NCBI GenBank assembly: GCA_038087875.1
Contig: JAXLNO010006092.1
Coordinates: 124,001 to 188,000 of the forward strand
Length of the DNA stretch: 64,000 nucleotides
Direction of reading: 5' to 3'
From: Malacoraja senta
Taxonomy: Eukaryota
Part shown: positions 36,321 to 49,050 of the stretch, in pieces
How the letters are laid out: every line of letters begins with the position of its first letter
How positions within the stretch are numbered: position 1 is the stretch's first letter
The notes under the pieces: generated by a model
Databases searched by the model: none
Seen by the model: only the letters and a program-made list of their open reading frames with translations
What the model was told of the DNA's origin: nothing
Made by a program: the position numbers and the translations under genes

Positions 36321-37582
36321 GAATTCCACAAAGTCACAACTCCCTGCGTTGAAAAGTTTTTTCTCAACTCAGTCTTAAATGACCTCCCCTTTATTCTAAG
36401 ACTGTGGCCCCTGGTTCTGGACTTGCCCAACATTGGGAACATTTTTCCTGCATCCAGCTTGTCCAGTCCTTTTATGATTTTATGTTTCTATAAGATATCC
36501 CCTCATCCTTCTAAACTCCAGTGAATACAATCTATCCTCATATGACAGTCCCGCCATCCCAGGGATCAATCTCGTGAACCAACACTGCACTGCCTCAATC
36601 ACAAGGATGTCCTACCTCAAATTAGGAGACCAGAACTTTGCACAAACTCCAGATGTGGTCTCACCAGGGCCCTGTACAACTGCAGATGAACCTCTTTACT
36701 CCTGAATCCCCTTGTATGAAGGCCAACATTCCATTAGCTTTCTTTCCTGCCTGCTGTACCTGTAAGCCAACTTTCAGTGACCGGTGAACAAGGACACCCA
36801 GGTCGCGCTGTACCTCCCCCTTACCTAACCTAACCCCATTGAGATAATAATCTGCCCCCTTGTTTTTGCCGCCAAAGTGGATAACCTCACATTTATATAT
36901 ATTATACTGCATCTACCCACTCAATCTGTCCAGGTCACCCTGCACCCTGCTAACATCCTCTTCACAGTTCACACTGCCACCCAGCTTTGCGTCATCCACA
37001 AACTTGCTAGTGTTGCTCCTAATTCCCTCTTCCAAATCATTAATATATATGGTAAACAGTTGCGGCCCCAACACCGAGCCTTGGGGCACTCCACTCGCCA
37101 CTGCCTGCCATTCTGAAAAGGACCCGTTCACTCCTACTCTTTGCTTCCAGTATGCCAACCAATTTTATATCCGTCAACACCCTACCCCCAATACCATCTG
37201 CTCTAATTTTAGTCACCAGTCTCCCGTGCGGGACCTTATCAAAGGCTTTCTGAAATACACTACATCCACTGGCACCCCTTCATCCATTTTACTTGTCACA
37301 TCCTCAAAAAATTCCAGAAGATTAGTCAAGCATGATTTCCCTTTCATAAATCCATGATGACTTGGACTAATCCTTTTACTGCTATCCAAATGCCCCATTA
37401 TTACCTCTTTAATAATTGACTCCAGCATCTTTCCCACCACCGGTCAGGCTAACTGGTCTGTAATTCCCCGTTTTCTCTCTCGCTCCTTTCTTGAAAAGTG
37501 GGATAACATTAGCTATCCTCCAATCCACAGGAACTGATCCTGAATCTATTGAACATTGGAAAATGATCACCAATGCGTCCAT
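36321..37582 (-). mobile_element. CR1 (subfamily 'B') RT fragment
   Basis: [25 protein letters not shown] and KFVDDAK motifs; closely matches 57163-58450. Confidence 0.9.
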
Positions 37583-40500
37583 ATAACCATATAACCATAT
37601 AACCATTACAGCACGGAAACAGGCCATCTCGGCCCTTCAAGTCCGTGCCGGATTTAAAATAAATAAATAAATACTTCCCCCCTAGTCCCATCTACCTGCA
37701 CTCAGACCATAACCCTCCATTCCTTTCCTGTCCATATACCCATCCAATCTATTTTTAAAGTATAAAATCGAACCAGCCTCCACCACTTCCACTGGAAGCT
37801 CATTCCACACAGCTACCACTCTCTGAGTAAAGATGTTCCCCCTAATGTTACCCCTAAACTTCTGTCCCTTAATTCTCGTCATGTCCCCTTGTTTGAATCT
37901 TCCCTACTCTCAATGGAAATAGCTTATCCACGTCAACTCTGTCTATCCCGCTCATAATTTTAAAGACCTCTATTAAGTCCCCTCTTAACCTTCTGCGCTC
38001 CAAAGAATAAAGACCTAACTTGTTCAACCTTTCTCTGTAACTTAGTTGCTGAAACCCAGGCAACATTCTAGTAAACCTCCTCTGTACTCTCTCTATTTTG
38101 TTGACATCATTCCTGTAATTAGGCGACCAAAATTGTACTCCATACTCCAGAATTGGCCTCACCAATGCCTTGTACAATTTTAACATTACATCCCAACTTC
38201 TATATTCAATGCTCTGATTTATAAAGGCCAACACACCAAAAGCTTTCTTTACCACCCTATCTACATGAGATTCCGCCTTCAGGGATCTATGCACAGTTAT
38301 TCCTAGATCCCTCTGTTCAACTGCATTCCTCAATTCTCTACCATTTACCATGTACGTCCTATTTTGATTTGTCCGGCCGAGATGTTGTACCTCACATTTA
38401 TCAGCATTAAACTCCATCTGCCATCTTTCAGCCCACTCTTCCAAATGGCCTAAATCTCTCTGTAGACTTTGAAAATCTACTTCATTATCCACAACACCAC
38501 CTATCTTAGTATCATCTGCATACTTACTAATCCAATTTACCACACCATCATCAAGATCATTGATGCATATGACAAACAACAGTGGACCCAACACAGATCC
38601 CTGAGGCACCCCACTAGTCACCGGCCTCCAACCTGACAAACAGCCATCCACCATTACTCTCTGGCATCTCCCATTCAGCCACTGTTGAATCCTTCTTGCT
38701 ACTCCACCATTAATACCCAACAATTGAATCTTCTTAACCAACCTTCCATGAGGAACCTTGTCAAAGGCCTTACTGAAGTCCATATAGACAACATCCACTG
38801 CTTTACCCTCATCAATTTCCCGAGTAACCTCTTCAAAAAATTCAAGAAGTTTAGTCAAACATGACCTTCCAGGCACAAATCCATGTTGACTGTTCCTAAT
38901 CAGACCATGTTTATCCAGATGCTTATATATATTATCTCTAAGTATCCTTTCCATTAATTTGCCCACCACTGACGTCAAACTAACAGGTCTATAATTGCTA
39001 GGTTTACTCTTAGAACCCTTTTTAAACAATGGAACAACATGCACAGTACGCCAATCCTCCGGCACTATTGCCGTTTCTAATGACATTTGAAATATTTCTG
39101 TCATAGCCCCTGCTATTTCTACACTAACTTCCCTCAATGTCCAAGGGAATATCCTGTCAGGACCTGGAGACTTATCCATTTTTATATTTTTCAAAAGTGT
39201 CAGTACTTCCTCTTCTTTGAATCTCATAGTTTCCATAGCTACTCGGCGCTGTCGTACAGCAGCGGCTCGCCTGCAGTCCGTCTGATTTTACTTTTGTTGT
39301 TGTTTTCTTTTGTCCTGTTTCAGTTAAATTTTAGTTTATTGGGTTGTGTATGTGTGGGGTGGGGGGTGGGGGGGGTGAAACATGACTTTTGTCTCTTCCT
39401 TCGGGGGAATGCGACTTTTTCTTGTCGTGTCCCCTTTCTCTGCCTCCGTCTGCGCTGAGGCCAAAATGGCGGAGCTGCCGGCCTCCAACTCCAACTGCGA
39501 GCTGCCGGCCTCCAACTCCAACTGCGAGCGACCGACCGACCTCGAGGCTCCGGAGGCAGAGCCAGGACTTACCAGCGCGGGGGAGGGGGAGAGGGGGAAT
39601 GAGGGGGGGAGAGAGGGGGAGAGAGATAGGGGGAGAGAGGGGGTGAGAAAGGGGTGAGAGAGGGAGGGGAGAGAGAGAGGGGGAGATAGGTCAGCCATGG
39701 TTGCAAGGCGGAGTGGACTCGGTAAGTTGGCGATATGCAGAGTACTGCCCTGCTGACTACAAATTCAGAAAGGTCCAATGCAGACAATGCCAAGTGTGGG
39801 CTAGCAGAAGTGAAATGGGCCGAAGGGCCTTTTCCGGACGCTCCAGGCTCCCCGCATCCACCCCGTTGTCCCGCAAGGTCGGTTTGGTGACTTTTGGGGG
39901 AGTTTTTGGGGCAAATGGTTTTGAAATGAGACAGAACCCGGCCTGCAAGGGCCACATTAAGTGTGGATTTAGTGTGAGTTATAACGTGTGGGGGAACCGC
40001 CTGCCAGCACCTGTGCATTCTGCCCCTGCTGCATTAAAGGGAATGCATGCATCACTGGCTGCATTGCTGCCTCCCCCGCTGCATGGTAGCGCTTTTATCT
40101 TTACCTGCTCTTCACAGCTGCATTCCCGAGGCGATTCCGGCGGGAGGGGGGACGCTTTAGGGCGGCGCACCGACGCTGGCAAAGCGGGACGGCGGGTCTC
40201 AGGCGTCCGGGTGGAGGGCGAAATGCCGAATGTTGGTTCTGGGTTGTTTTCGTTTTTGTTTTTTTTGGTGCATTGAGGATGGGAAGGAGAGGAAAAAGGA
40301 GTGTGAGAGAAAGTTGTGAGAAAGTTTTGAGGGAAGAGAGGGAAGGGAAGGGAGAGAGGGAGGGAATGAGTGAGAGAAAGTTTGAGAAAGTTATGAGAAA
40401 GTTTTGAAAACCTTTGAGAAACTTGAAAATGTNNNNNNNNNNNNNNNNNNNNNNNNNNNNNNNNNNNNNNNNNNNNNNNNNNNNNNNNNNNNNNNNNNNN

Positions 40501-41814
40501 NNNNNNNNNNNNNNNNNNNNNNNNNNNNNNNNNNNNNNNNNNNNNNNNNNNNNNNNNNNNNNNNNNNNNNNNNNNNNNNNNNNNNNNNNNNNNNNNNNNN
40601 NNNNNNNTCTCTGGTCATCACGATGGCGCAGCGGTAGAGTTGCCGCCTCACAGCGCCAGAGACCCCGGTTCCATCCCGACCACGGGCGCTGTCTGTACGG
40701 AGTTTGCACGTTCTCTCTCCCCTTGACCTGCGTGGGTTTTCTCCGGGCGCTCCGGTTTCCTCCCACCAGGGCCGGATTTACGTATGAGCCAGACAAGCTT
40801 AAGTTTAGGGCTTCGAGATCTAGGGGGGCCCCGGCCCGCTCCACCAAGGTGTATAAAACTTGTGGCGTTGTTACAAACCCTACCATCGGTGGCGTTGTGC
40901 TTGCGATTCAGGAGGCTTTGGTGTTGCGGGGAGGGGGGGGGATTAAAATGCGGGTGAGGTTTATATTCGTTGTGGAGAGGACCTCCTACTCTTTGCCCGC
41001 TGACCCTGGCCACTCCACCGCCCTCCAGCAGCCCGCAGCCGTAGCCTCGCCTGCAGCCTGGACTCAGCACCGGGCCTGAAGTTTCCACGCTGCAGACTCC
41101 AACTCCCCTGGGTTTGACTGCGCTGGGTCCTAGTACTAGATGCCCTACCTAACCTTGTGGCTAAAGGGATCAGGGGGTATGGAGGGAAGGCAGGGATGGC
41201 ATACTGAGTTGGATGATCAGCCATGATCATATCGAATGGCGGTGCAGGCTCGAAGGGCCGAATGGCCTACTCCTGCACCTATTGTCTATGCTTCTATGTT
41301 TCTAACCCTGGTAACCTCAGTGGCCATTCCACTGGGTCTTCAACATCCCCCTCAAACCATGTGACCCCAGCTCTTCCACACCCACACTACAGTCCTCATA
41401 CCCCCTACACCCTGACCACCCACCACCCCCCACCAGATATCATAGAAACATTGAAAATAGGTGCAGGAGTAGAGGCCATTCGGCCCTTCGAGCCTGCACC
41501 GTCATTCAATATGATCATGGCTGATCATTCAACTCAGCATCCTGTACCTGCCTTCTCTCCATAGCCCCTTATACCTTTAGCCACAAGGGCCACATCTAAC
41601 TCCCTCTTAAATATAGCCAATGAACTGGCCTCAACTACCTTCTGTGGCAAAGAATTCCAGAGATTCACCACTCTCTGTGTGAAAAATGTTTTTCTCATCT
41701 CGGTCCTAAAAGATTTCCCCCTTATCCTTAAACTGTGACCCCTTGTCCTGGACTTCCCCAACATTGGGAACAATCTTCCTGCATCTAGCCTGTCCAACCC
41801 CTTAAGAATTTTCA

Positions 41815-42910
41815 AGTTCAAGTTCAAGTGAGTTTATTGTCATGTGTCCCTGATAGGTCAATGAAATTCTTGCTTTGCTTCAGCACAACAGAACATAGTA
41901 GGCATTGACTACAAGGCATTCTATAAATATATACACACATGAATCAATATACTGATGAAGTGCAAATAACAGTATTGGCTAATAATGTTCAGTGTTATGT
42001 CCGAGCCAGGTTTAATAGCCTGAGGGCTGTGGGGAAGTAGCTATTCCTGAACCTGGTCGTTGCAGTCTTCAGGCTCCTGCACCTTCTACCTGAAGGTAGT
42101 AGGGAGATGAGTGTGTGGCAGGATGATGATACTGCCAGCCTTTTTGAGGCAGCGACTGTGATAGATCCCCTCGATGGAAGGGAGGTCAGAGCCGATGATG
42201 GACTGGGCAGTGTTTACTACTTTTTGTAGTCTTTTCCTCTCCAGGACGCTCAAGGTGCCGAACCAAGCCACGATGCAACCGGTCAGCATGCTCTCTACTG
42301 TGCACCTGTAGAAGTTAGAGAGCGTCCTCCTTGACAAACCGACTCTCCGTAATCTTCTCAGGAAGTAGAGGCGCTGATGTGCTTTCTTAATAATGGCATC
42401 AGTGTTCTCGGACCAGGAAAGATCTTCAGAGATGTGCACGCCCAGGAATTTAAAGCTCTTGACCCTTTCAACCAACGACCCGTTGATATAAACGGGACTG
42501 TGGGTCCCCATCCTACTCCTTCCAAAGTCCACAATCAGTTCCTTGGTTTTGCTGGTGTTGAGGGCCAGGTTATTGTGCTGGCACCATATGGACAGTTGCC
42601 CGATCTCTCTTCTATACTCTGACTCATCCCCATCAGTGATACGTCCCACAACAGTGGTGTCGTCAGCAAACTTGATGATGGAGTTCGCACTATGTCGGGC
42701 TACGCAGTCATGAGTATAGAGTGAGTACAGCAGGGGGCTGAGCACGCAGCCTTGAGGAGCTCCCGTGTTGATTGTTATCGAGTCTGACACATTTCCACCA
42801 ATACGAACAGACTGTGGTCTGAGTGTGAGGAAGTCGAGGATCCAATTGCAGAGGGATGCGCAGAGACCCAGTTCTGCGAGTTTGGTAACCAGCTTGAAGG
42901 GGATGATTGT
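41815..42910 (-). mobile_element. Rex1/Babar-like LINE RT/3' fragment
   Basis: ORF 42086-42790 ([37 protein letters not shown]) and (CTTGAA)n tail. Confidence 0.92.
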
Positions 42911-42911
42911 A

Positions 42912-43912
42912 TATTCCGGAAGTGGCGGCGCTGTCGTACAGCAGCGGCTCGCCTGCAGTCCGTCTGTTTTTACTTTTTTTGTTGTTTTCTTTTATCCTGT
43001 TTCAGCTAAATTTTAGTTTATTGGGTTGTGTATGTGTGGGGTGGTGGGGGGGGTGAAACATGACTTTTGTCTCTTCCTTCGGGGGAATGCGACTTTTTCT
43101 TGTCGTGTCCCCCTTCTCTGCCTCCGTCTGCGCTGAGGCCAAAATGGCGGAGCTGCCGGCCTCCAACTCCAACTGCGAGCTGCCGGCCTCGAACTCCAAC
43201 TGAGAGCTGCCGGCCTCCAACTCCAACTGCGAGCGATCGACCGACCTCGAGGCTCCGGAGGCAGAGCCAGGACTTACCAGCTGGCCGGCTTCGGGGCTGC
43301 GGTGGCGTTCCGGCGGTGGCGGCCGAGGACACTGGTGGCGGCCTGGGTCCGGGGGCTTGGCCGCAGCTGGCCCGGTGGACGGCGTCTTCGGGAGCGCGGG
43401 GCTGGCCAACTTCGGGGCTGCGGTGGCGTTCCGGCGGTGGCGACCGAGGGCACTGGTGGCGACCTGGGTCCGGGGGCTCGGCCGCGGGCCCAGTGGACGG
43501 CGTCGTCGGGAGCGCGCAGGTCACAGGTTGGTCGGCTGCGGCTGCGTCCGCTGGACTGGAGGGCGGCAGCTTCGGCAGCTTCGACCACCCCGGGCGGCGG
43601 AGTTTGAACCGGCCCGTCGCGGAGCACGGATTCGGCCGCGGGACTGGCTTACCGTCGCCCGGCGGGGTCACAGCATCAGAAGCCTGGATCGCCTCAGCGC
43701 AGAGGGAGAACAAAGCGGGAAGAGACAGAGACTTTAAGACTTTTGCCTCCATCACAGTGAGGAGGTGCCTGGTGAACTCACTGTGGTGGATGTTAATTTG
43801 TGTTTATTGTGTGTTTTGTCATTTATTATTATATGTATGACTGCAGGCAACGAAATTTCGTTCAGACCGAAAGGTCTGAATGACAAATAAAGGAATCTCT
43901 AATCTCTAATCT
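42912..43912 (+). mobile_element. GC-rich non-autonomous retroelement with Rex1-type 3' tail; partial second copy at 39245-39600
   Basis: No LINE ORF and no tRNA head. It ends AATTTCGTT..TGACAAATAAAGG(AATCTCT)n like the local Rex1 ends, followed by the target duplication. Confidence 0.65.
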
Positions 43913-45157
43913 CTACTCTACTTGTTTCCGTTACCTCACATAATTCAATATCCTTCTCCTTGGTGAATACCGAAGAAAATCAATTGTTCAATATCTCCCC
44001 CATCTCTTTTGGCTCTGCAGATAGCTGTCCACTCTGACTCTCTAATGGACCAATGTTATCCCTCGTTATCCTTTTGCTATTAATATGGCTGTAGAAACCC
44101 TTTGGATTTACTTTCACCTTACTTGCCAAAGCAACCTCATATCTTCTTTTAGCTTTTCTAATTTCTCTCTTAAGATTATTTTTACATTCTTTATACTCTT
44201 CAAGCACCTCATTTACTCCATGCTGCCCATAATTATTGTAGATCTCTCTCTTTTTCCGAACCGTGTCCAATTTCCCTTGAAAACCATGGCTCTTTCCAAT
44301 TACTACTCTTTCCTTTCAACCGAACAGGGACATAAAGATTCTGTACTCTTAAAATGTTATCTTTAAATGTCCTCCATTTCTCTATTACATCCTTCCCATA
44401 AAACAAAATGTCCCAATTCACTCCTTTTAAATCCTTTCGCATCTCCTCAAAGTTAGCCTTTCTCCAATCAAAAATCTCAACCCTTGGTCCAGTTCTGACC
44501 TTCTCCATAATTATATTGAAACTAATGGCATTATGATCACTGGATCCAAAGTGCTCTCCAACACATACTTCTGTCAACTGACCTGTCTCATTTCCTAACA
44601 GGAGGTCCAGCACTGCCCCTTCTCTAGTAGATACCTCTATGTATTGCTGCAAAAAACTATCCTGCACACATTTTACAAACTCCAAACCATCCAGCCCTTT
44701 TACAGAATGTGTTTCCCAGTCTATTTGTGGAAAATTGAAATCTCCCACAATCACTACCTTGTCCTTACTACTAATATCTGCTATCTCCTTACATATTTGC
44801 TCTTCTAATTCTCGCTCCCCATTAGGCGGTCTATAATACACCCCTATAAGTGTTGCTACACCTTTCCCATTTCTTTGTTCCACCCAAATAGCCTCCGTAG
44901 ACGAGCCCTCTAATCTATCCTGCCAAAGCACTGCTGTAATATCTTCCCTGACAAGCAATGCAACACCTCCACGTCTTGCCCCTCCAATTCTGTCACACCT
45001 GAAGCAATGAAATCCTGGAATATTTAGTTTCCAATCACAGCCATCCTGCAACCAAGTTTCACTAATCGCCACAACATTATACTTCCAGGTGTCAATCCAG
45101 GCTCTAAGCTCATCCACCTTTCTTACAATGCTCCTAGCATTAAAATAGACACATTTA

Positions 45158-45510
45158 ATAATAATAATAATAATAATAATAATGGATGAGATTTATATAG
45201 CGCCTTTCTAATACTCAAGGCGCTTTACATCACATTATTCATTCACTCCTCAGTCACACTCGGTGGTGGTGAGCTACTTCTGTAGCCACAGCTGCCCTGG
45301 GGAAGACTGACGGAAGCGTGGCTGCTAATCTGCGCCTACGGCCCCTCCGACCACCACCAATCACTCACACACATTCACACACATTCACACGCAGGCAAAT
45401 GTGGGTGAAGTTTCTTGCCCAAGGACACAACGACAGTATGCACTCCAAGCGGGATTCGAACCAGCTACCTTCCGGTTGCCAGCCGAACACTTAGCCCATT
45501 GCGCCATCTG
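45158..45510 (-). mobile_element. tRNA-derived SINE with CORE-like domain and L2-type tail
   Basis: A box TGGCGCAATGG, B box GGTTCGAATCC, GTGTCCTTGGGCAAG core, tail TGTAAAGCGCCTTGAG..AAAGGCGCTATATAAAT(ATT)n. Absent from duplication copy 1. Confidence 0.85.
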
Positions 45511-46559
45511 CCACCACCACTTATTTTCTGTTTATTATCTTTTTCTCCTTTCCCCCCTAAATGTTGGGTCTGAGTGCTTCCCTTCTCTGCCTCCTGCCTC
45601 ACACACTGTCTACTAGCTTTCTCTATTTGAGTCCCTCCCCCCAACCATTCTAGTTTAAAGTCCCCCCATTAGCCTTTGCAAATCTCGCCGCCAGGATATT
45701 GGTTCCCCTCGGGTTCAAGTGCAACCCATCCTTTTTGTACAGGTCACACCTTCCCCAAAAGACGTCCCAATGATCCAGAAACTTGAATCCCTGCCCTCTG
45801 CACCAGTCCCTCAGCCACAAATTTATCCTCCACCTCACTCCATTCCTACTCTCACTGTCGCGTGGCACAGGCAGTAATCCTGAGATTGTTACTTTTGCGG
45901 TCCTTCTCCTTAACTCTCTTCCTAACTCCCTAAATTCTCCTTTCAGGACCTCTTCTCTTTTTCTCCCTATGTCATTGGGACCTATATGTACCACGACCTC
46001 AGGCTCCTCTCCCTCCCATTTCAGGATATCTTGGACACGTTCAGACACATCCCAGACCCTGGCACCAGGGAGGCAAACTACCATCTGGGTCTCCTGACTG
46101 CGTCCACAGAATCGCCTATCTGATCCTTAATGGGTAAGGAGAACAAAACAGCACACAAGGGGTGGTCTCAGGAATATCCTGTAATATGGCAACAAGACAT
46201 CTTGTTACTGTGCTCAAAAACTCCAGAAGAGAAGACCAACAAATATCACTTGCCTACTTACTGCATGCTGCATCACATGTCTGCTTTCAGTGATTAGTGC
46301 ACAAAGACGCAGATATCTTTATCAATATTTCTGAATCAATCACAATTCCTATAGTTCTCACTTTCCGCTTTTTCATCAAAACATCAAGTTTATCCACAAT
46401 ATTATGGATAGGAAATGTATGGAGGGACATGGGTTAGGTGCAGGCAGTTGGGACTGGCTCAGATACACAACTTGGTCAGCATGTATGCATTGGGCCAATG
46501 GGCCTATTTCCATGCTGTACAGCTCTATGACTCTATGCTGCATCTGTGTGGATATTTGG

Positions 46560-49050
46560 ACACTAGCTCAACTGACTGGGAGGAGCCGGCCAAAGTTGAC
46601 TGGAAAGATACACTAGCAGGGATGACAGTGGAACAAAAATGGCAGGTGTTTCTAGGAATAATACAGAAGGTGCAGGATCAGTTCATTCCTAGGAGGAAGA
46701 AAGATTCCAAGGGGAGAAAGGGACGACCATGGCTGACAAGGGACGTCAGGGACAGTATAAAAATTAAAGCGAAGAAGTACAACGTAGCAAAGATGAGCGG
46801 GAAGCAAGAGGATTGGGTAATGTTTAAAGAACAACAGAAGTTAACCAAAAAGACAATACGGGGAGAAAAGATGAGGTACGAAGGTAAGCTAGCCAAGAAT
46901 ATAAAGCAGGATAGTAAATGCTTCTTTAGGTATGTGAAGAGGATAAAATTAGTTAAGACCAAAGTTGGACCCTTGTAGACCGAAAAAGCTGGATTTATTA
47001 TGGGGAACAAGGAAATGGCAGATGAGTTGAACAGGTACTTTGGATCTGTCTTCACTAAGGAGGACACAACCAATCTTCCTGATATAGTAGTGGCCAGAGG
47101 ATCTGGGGTGACGGAGGAACTGAAGGAAATCCACATTAGGCAGGAAATGGTGTTGGATAGACTGATGGGACTGAAGGCTGATAAATCCCCAGGGCCTGAT
47201 GGTCTGCATCCCATGGCACATAAGGAAGTGGCACTAGAAATCGTGGATGCATTGGTGGTAATTTTCCAATGTTCTATAGACTCAGGATCAGTTCCTGTGG
47301 ATTGGAGGGTAGATAATGTTATCCCACTTTTTAAGAAAGGCGGGAGAGAGAAAACAGGGAATTATAGACCAGTTAGCCTGACATCGGTGGTGGGGAAGAT
47401 GCAGGAGTCAATTATCAAAGATGAAATAGTCGAACATTTGGATAGCAGTAACAGGATCGGTCCGAGTCAGCATGGATTTACGAAGGGGAAATCATGCTTG
47501 ACTAATCTTCTGGAATTTTTTGAAGATGTAACTAGGAAAATGGACAAGCGAGAGCCAGTGGATGTGGTGTACCTGGACTTTCAGAAAGCATTTGAAAAGG
47601 TCCCACGTAGGAGATTAGTAGGCAAAATTAGGGCACATGGTATTGGGGGTAGAGTGCTGACATGGATAGAGAAGTGTTTGACTGACAGGAACCAAAGAGT
47701 AGGGATTAACGGGTCCCTTTCAGAATGGCAGGCTGTGACTACTTGGGTACCACAAGGCTCGGTGCTGGGACCGCAGATATTTACAATATACATCAATGAT
47801 TTGGATGAAGGGATTCAAAGTAACATTAGCAAATTTGCAGATGACACAAAGCAGGGTGGCATTGTGAACTGTGAGGAGGATGCTATGAGAATGCAGGGTG
47901 ACTTGGACAGTTTGGGGGAGTGGGCAGATGCATGGCAGATGAAGTTTAATGCAGATAAATGTGAGGTTATCCACTTTGGTAGCAAAAACAGCAAGGCAGA
48001 TTACTACCTAAATGGCGTCAAGTTGGGAAAAGGGGAAGTACAACGGGATCTGGGGGTCCTTGTTCATCAGTCTATGAAAGTAAGCATGTAGGTAGAGCAG
48101 GCAGTGAAGAAGGCAAATGGCATGTTGGCCTTTATAACAAGAGGAGGAATATAGGAGCAAAGAGATCCTTCTGCAGTTGTACAGAGCCCTAGTGAGACCA
48201 CACCTGGAGTATTGTGTGCAGTTTTGGTCACCTAATTTGAGGAAGGACATTCTTGCTATTGAGGGAATGCAGCGTAGGTTTACAAGGTTAATTTGACACA
48301 ATTTAGATAGTAATCTGCCTTCCTGTTTTTGCTACCAAAGTGGATAACCTCACATTTATCCGCATTAAAGCTCATCTGCCATGCATCTGCCCACTCCCCC
48401 AACCTGTCCAAAATCACCCTGCATTCTCATGGCATCTTCCTCACAGTTCACCCTGCCACCCAGCTTTGTGTCATCTGCAAATTTGCTAATGTTACTTTGA
48501 ATCCCTTCATCCAAATCATTGATGTATATTGTAAATAGTTGCGGTCCCAGCACCGAGCCTTGTGGTACCCCACTGGTCACTACCTGCCATTCTGAAAGGG
48601 ACCCGCTAATCCCTACTCTTTGTTTCTTGTCTGCCAACCAATTTTCTATCCATGTCAGCACTCTACCCCAATACCATGTGCCCTAATTTTGCCCACTAAT
48701 CTCCTATGTGGGACCTTATCAAATGCTTTCTGAAAGTCCAGCTACACTACATCCACTGGCTCTCGCTTGTCCATTTTTCTAGTTACATCCTCAAAAAATT
48801 CCAGAAGATTTAGTCAAGCATGATTTCCCTTTTGTAAATCCATGCTGACTTGGACCGATCCTGTTACTGCTATCCAAATGTGCGGCTATCTCATCTTTTA
48901 TAATTGACTCCAGCATCTACCCCACCACCGATGTCAGGCTAACCGGTCTATAATTCCCTGTTTTCTCTCTCCCACCTTTCTTAAAAAGTGGGATAACATT
49001 AGCTACCCTCCAATCCACAGGAATTGATCCTGAATCTATTGAAAATTGGA
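46560..49050. mobile_element. CR1 fold-back, copy 2 (ORF 47000-48091 on plus, inverted arm about 48295-49050)
   Basis: Reverse complement of 14505-16975, including the junction. Confidence 0.85.

Larger units (their letters stand above)
39245..43912 (+). mobile_element. Composite 4.7-kb insertion flanked by a CTACTC direct repeat
   Basis: CTACTC at 39239-39244 and 43913-43918. The uninterrupted target AAGTAGAGTAGCTATGG is seen in copy 1 at about 20017-20034. Contains an N gap. Confidence 0.7.
37583..46120 (-). mobile_element. CR1 (subfamily 'C') near-full-length copy, split by a composite insertion (39245-43912) and a SINE (45158-45510)
   Basis: ORF1 esterase 45650-46084, APE 44233-45117, RT ORF 37869-39236 (455 aa), (ATGGTTAT)n tail at about 37583-37605. 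The sequence rejoins across the CTACTC duplication. Confidence 0.9.

Noticed and set aside
43002-43840. Several overlapping 100-257 aa Pro/Arg/Ala/Gly-rich ORFs on both strands (also 39336-40276 and 52715-53288)
   Set aside because: Stop-poor GC-rich repeat DNA opens all frames; there are no domain motifs and the sequence lies within a non-autonomous element.
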